64,000 bases of DNA from a virus. Lineage: Duplodnaviria > Caudoviricetes. The notes under the pieces are model-generated. The model saw only the letters and a program-made list of their open reading frames with translations. It searched no databases and was not told the DNA's origin. Shown here piece by piece: positions 60,515 through 64,000 of this stretch (position 1 is the first letter of the stretch; each line of letters begins with the position of its first letter). A program made the position numbers and the translations under genes. Where the stretch lies: positions 1 through 64,000 of the IMG/VR virus record IMGVR_UViG_3300017722_003538. One strand, 5' to 3'.

Positions 60515-61804
60515 ATGAAAACAAGAATCCTTAATTTTAACCGTTTCATAACTGAAAAGTATGAAGTTAAATTGAATGAGCAGTTATTATTAGAAGGTGG
60601 AGCAGCTGGACATATGTCCCATCCATTCGATAATAATGACCTAACATTTGGAGACTTTAAGAATATGATTATTGGTGGACTTCAAGGAGAATTAAACTTC
60701 GAAGAGGAGCCTACTGAAAAAACCGATGGTCAAAACGTATTTGCAACAATTCAAAATGGCGAGGTTAAATTTGCCAGAAATAAAACTGAGTTGCAAAACC
60801 CTATGAGTCTTAAGGATTTTCAAAATAAATTTGAGGGACATGCAAGTAAACTGGTACAAGATACTTTTCAATTTGCAGCCGCTGATTTAGCAACCCTGCT
60901 TATAAAGTTACCCGCTAAAACACAAGAGGAAGTGTTCCAGAATGGGCTGAACTTCATGAACATGGAGTTGATATATTCTGCTAACCCTAATGTAATTCAC
61001 TATGATGTTGATGTAATTCAATTCCATGGTATTAAGAAGACTGATGGGGCTGGAAATATAGTTGGAGATGACAATAGTGCGGCAAAAAGTGTTAGTGGAG
61101 TACTTAAATCCTTAAATGCTAATGTCGGAAAAACATTTACAATTATCCCTCCTCAAGTTATTAAACTACAAAAAGACATAAACTTTGAAGAGAATCAGAC
61201 CAAATTCTTAGGAAAACTTGAAGCTCTTAAAAATCGTTATAATTTAACCGATGCTGATGCTGTTGCTCGCTACCATGAAATGTGGTGGAGAGAACAAATT
61301 GAAACTATATTCGGTGACCTACCACAAAATATCAAAGAGGGTCTATTATTAAGATGGGCATATGACGATAAGAAAACCCTAAACCTTCGTTCATTGGACA
61401 AAGAATTAACTCCAGCTCAAGCTGAAGCAGTTAAGAAATTTGACAAAGAGGATGTTAAAAAGAAATTCAAAGAAAATATTCGACCATTTGAAGACCTTTT
61501 CTTAGAATTAGGAAGTGTTATCTTAAAGAATGCTAGTAACTTTGTTGCTGCTTCACCAGACAAAGAAATGCAAAGGTTACATAATGAAATCCGAACCGAA
61601 GCCGATAAGATTAAACTTAATGGAGATGTAACTCAAATTGAGAAAGTTGCAAAAGAACTTGACCGACTTGAAAGAATTGGAGGAATCCAATCTATTATAC
61701 CGACTGAAGGTATTGTATTTTCATACAAAGGACACATGTACAAATTAACAGGAACATTCGCTGCTATTAATCAGTTGATGGGAATTATAAAATACGGAAG
61801 ATAA
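60515..61804 (+). CDS. ligase-like nucleotidyltransferase-fold protein (KxDG motif) with leader
   Basis: EGGAAGHMSHPFD, TEKTDGQN (motif I), MELIY, EGIVF (motif IV), YKLTG (motif V). Confidence 0.65.
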   Translation: MKTRILNFNRFITEKYEVKLNEQLLLEGGAAGHMSHPFDNNDLTFGDFKNMIIGGLQGELNFEEEPTEKTDGQNVFATIQNGEVKFARNKTELQNPMSLKDFQNKFEGHASKLVQDTFQFAAADLATLLIKLPAKTQEEVFQNGLNFMNMELIYSANPNVIHYDVDVIQFHGIKKTDGAGNIVGDDNSAAKSVSGVLKSLNANVGKTFTIIPPQVIKLQKDINFEENQTKFLGKLEALKNRYNLTDADAVARYHEMWWREQIETIFGDLPQNIKEGLLLRWAYDDKKTLNLRSLDKELTPAQAEAVKKFDKEDVKKKFKENIRPFEDLFLELGSVILKNASNFVAASPDKEMQRLHNEIRTEADKIKLNGDVTQIEKVAKELDRLERIGGIQSIIPTEGIVFSYKGHMYKLTGTFAAINQLMGIIKYGR

Positions 61805-61805
61805 A

Positions 61806-62174
61806 ATGAAACACTTTAAACTATACGAGGAATTCGTAAATGAGTCTATAATTAACGAAGGCATAAGTATGCCAAAAGGATATAATCCATCTAAAGATGT
61901 TAAAGATGGTCCTGAAATTTGCAAATCTATAATAGAAATAGTTAATAAATATGCAAAACTAAATCCTATGAAATTCAAAAAATTGATTAAGAAATCTACT
62001 GAAGACTATCCGTACATTGAACACACTGCAACAGAAGCATCTATCATTGATTTTTATATAATCTTAGCTGATTATGTTGTATTAGAAACAGATACTTCTA
62101 AAGAGGATAAATTAAAAATGGAAAAAGAAATAACAGACTTAATCAATAAAAAAACTGGGATAAACTTTTATTAA
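61806..62174 (+). CDS. hypothetical protein with capsid-targeting-like leader
   Basis: MKHFKLYEEFVNESIINEG. Confidence 0.7.
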   Translation: MKHFKLYEEFVNESIINEGISMPKGYNPSKDVKDGPEICKSIIEIVNKYAKLNPMKFKKLIKKSTEDYPYIEHTATEASIIDFYIILADYVVLETDTSKEDKLKMEKEITDLINKKTGINFY

Positions 62175-62187
62175 AACAATATATAAT

Positions 62188-62508
62188 ATGAAACACATTA
62201 AACTATTTGAAGAGCATATAAACGAGGCTATCGATAAACCATCATTAGATTCTCAAACAGGATTAATTTATTATTTTGATATACCATTCACATCTGAAGA
62301 TATTGAGGAAATATTAAGTTCTTCTAAAACTGTGTTGAACGCAAAATTTACACCTAATAAACAATTTGAAATTCAACCAATGATTTTTATCAAAGATAAA
62401 GTTAATGGTGGAGAACACACTTTTAGTGTTTCACAAATTGGTATATTAGGTTCATTTTACGAAAAGAATAAAAACAACACAGCATCCCGAAAAGATTTTA
62501 CCAATTAA
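62188..62508 (+). CDS. hypothetical protein with capsid-targeting-like leader
   Basis: MKHIKLFEEHINEA; AATATATA at 62178-62185. Confidence 0.7.
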   Translation: MKHIKLFEEHINEAIDKPSLDSQTGLIYYFDIPFTSEDIEEILSSSKTVLNAKFTPNKQFEIQPMIFIKDKVNGGEHTFSVSQIGILGSFYEKNKNNTASRKDFTN

Positions 62509-62519
62509 AAAACAAAGAG

Positions 62520-64000
62520 ATGGCATTACAAAAATTAAGAGAGTACTTTAACGAAACCAATAGAGAAACCTTTATTGATATGTTAAAAAATAGAGTGTTA
62601 GTGACTGAGAAAGTTGCAGCACCTACATTTCTTGTTAAAAGAAATCTTGATGGGTTTGAATATTTTAAATCTTCAAATTCAGACAAATTAAATCTAGTTG
62701 ACCGAACTGTTATCTCCCTATATGAGATTGCAATCAACTACATGCAAAGTTTGCCAAGCTCTACTAAAAACCAAATGCCACTTGATTGGAGATTTGGTTT
62801 TGAATACCTACCAGAAGTTAATGTATCTAAAATTAAATACGGAAAGACCCCAAAAAATAACCTAATCCTAACACATATTCAACAATTAGGAGAAGCAGAC
62901 AGGGTTAAGAAAACCATAAATGATCCGGTAATCCTAAATAAATGGGCAAAAATTCTGGATGTTCAACAACCAAGCGTAATTTTTGATGGCTATTTATCTC
63001 AATTACAGAGAGATGAACTTCTTGAATTACTTGGAATGAGCGATAGAGAATTTAGCGAATCATTTGATTATTTAGAGGAAACAAAAGACAAGCTTAGTTT
63101 TACCAGTAAAATAGTTAAACTTTTTAATTCAAGCGCGTTTGAAACTGCCTTAAATTCAGATATTGATGATGAATTTGATGGATTGGTTGTTAATTTTATT
63201 GACGAAAAATCGATGAAGTCTTTTAAATTAGAGGATTTTACCAGAAAAACTGGAATGGATAACTCTTCAAGCCACATGTACCAAATTGCAGTGACTGACT
63301 TTTTAGAATTTGCAACTCAATTTAATATCGACGAAATCCAACTCGAAGACGAGAGAGCAGACTACAGATATCTTGAAATAATGTCGATAATGTTTAATGA
63401 ATATGTTGACAAGAATTCCTCAAAATATATTGGAGTTAATTTTGAAAGCGCTGAATTTTCATCAGCACAATCTTTTAAATTAAATACAAAATACATTCTT
63501 GACGAAAAGACCCTAAAATATACATCAAACGATATTTTAGCAGAGTTACTAAAAATGGTTTTAAGTTCTTTTAGAAAGAAGAGAACCAAAACAAGCGACC
63601 TAATCGACGAGGACACTATGAATCGTATGAATGAAATTATCGAAAAAATCAATCAGAAAATATTTGTTGAAAGTACTGACGAGAATGCAATATATGATTA
63701 CCAAAATTTTATGTTGCGCGACAGGATTAAAACTTCAGTCAACCTAAATGAGGCACTTAAACTGACTCATGTTGAACAAGGAAAACAGCCAGTAAATATG
63801 TTTGTTGGAAGATTTCAGCCCTTTACATTAGGACATGCTAAAGTTTTAGAGACTATTCATAAAGAAAATGGCTATCCAGTAGTTGTATTTCTAGTTAAAG
63901 CAAAAACCAAAAAGAAGGGTGATGAATTTAGCAGACCATACGATGAGAAGACCCAAATTGAAATGTTTAAAAACGTTCAAAAACAATACACATTCCTTAA
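62520..64000 (+). CDS. degenerate RNA-ligase-like domain fused to an HxGH-type cytidylyl/adenylyltransferase (3'-partial)
   Basis: Not in the ORF track because it runs off the window. My translation: MALQKLREYFNE...VTEKVAAP...FGFEY...LNEA...MFVGRFQPFTLGH (63807-63836). Confidence 0.75.
   Translation, partial: MALQKLREYFNETNRETFIDMLKNRVLVTEKVAAPTFLVKRNLDGFEYFKSSNSDKLNLVDRTVISLYEIAINYMQSLPSSTKNQMPLDWRFGFEYLPEVNVSKIKYGKTPKNNLILTHIQQLGEADRVKKTINDPVILNKWAKILDVQQPSVIFDGYLSQLQRDELLELLGMSDREFSESFDYLEETKDKLSFTSKIVKLFNSSAFETALNSDIDDEFDGLVVNFIDEKSMKSFKLEDFTRKTGMDNSSSHMYQIAVTDFLEFATQFNIDEIQLEDERADYRYLEIMSIMFNEYVDKNSSKYIGVNFESAEFSSAQSFKLNTKYILDEKTLKYTSNDILAELLKMVLSSFRKKRTKTSDLIDEDTMNRMNEIIEKINQKIFVESTDENAIYDYQNFMLRDRIKTSVNLNEALKLTHVEQGKQPVNMFVGRFQPFTLGHAKVLETIHKENGYPVVVFLVKAKTKKKGDEFSRPYDEKTQIEMFKNVQKQYTFL

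Noticed and set aside
323-63652. All minus-strand ORFs in the track (e.g. 37034-37621, 38648-39076, 53695-54111)
   Set aside because: They lie antisense to long, motif-bearing plus-strand genes, have no recognisable motifs, and all promoter motifs point to the + strand; they are shadow ORFs.
1-64000. Genome-wide TAG recoding (as in some Bacteroidota phages)
   Set aside because: Genes are intact under the standard code and several end properly at TAG; only one internal TAG was seen.

Overview
AT-rich, densely coding 64-kb segment of a large T4-like (myovirus) phage, probably a jumbo phage of a Bacteroidota host. The host is inferred from Bacteroidota-type promoter elements and A-rich, mostly SD-less starts. 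All credible genes lie on the + strand. 1-10.9 kb: auxiliary and early genes (3'-5' exonuclease, DnaJ, PhoH, RNase HII, UvdE, dCMP deaminase, small hypotheticals). 10.9-50.8 kb: tail/baseplate/neck module (gp53-, gp5-, gp13-, gp25-, gp6-like genes and three collagen-containing fibre paralogues), with an embedded ribosomal protein S1 homologue and an amidoligase-like gene. 51-56.4 kb: RuvC-like resolvase, gp32 SSB, gp61 primase, UvsY, UvsW. 56.4-64 kb: a cluster of genes starting with a T4 capsid-targeting-like leader (MKHxxLFEEFxNE). The most striking element is a ~1075-codon reading frame (56392-59619) built of 11 unrelated 63-95 aa modules joined by ES-x(0-3)-[VIL][NT]E-[AG]-type linkers. 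These look like prohead-protease sites, suggesting a cassette-like polyprotein of injected cargo proteins, here interrupted by one in-frame TAG. Three promoter classes can be read from the intergenic DNA: early TTTT-N20-TATATTTACA, AAAC-N17-TATAAY, and late RATATATA. Functional calls come from motif recognition by eye; no database search was run.
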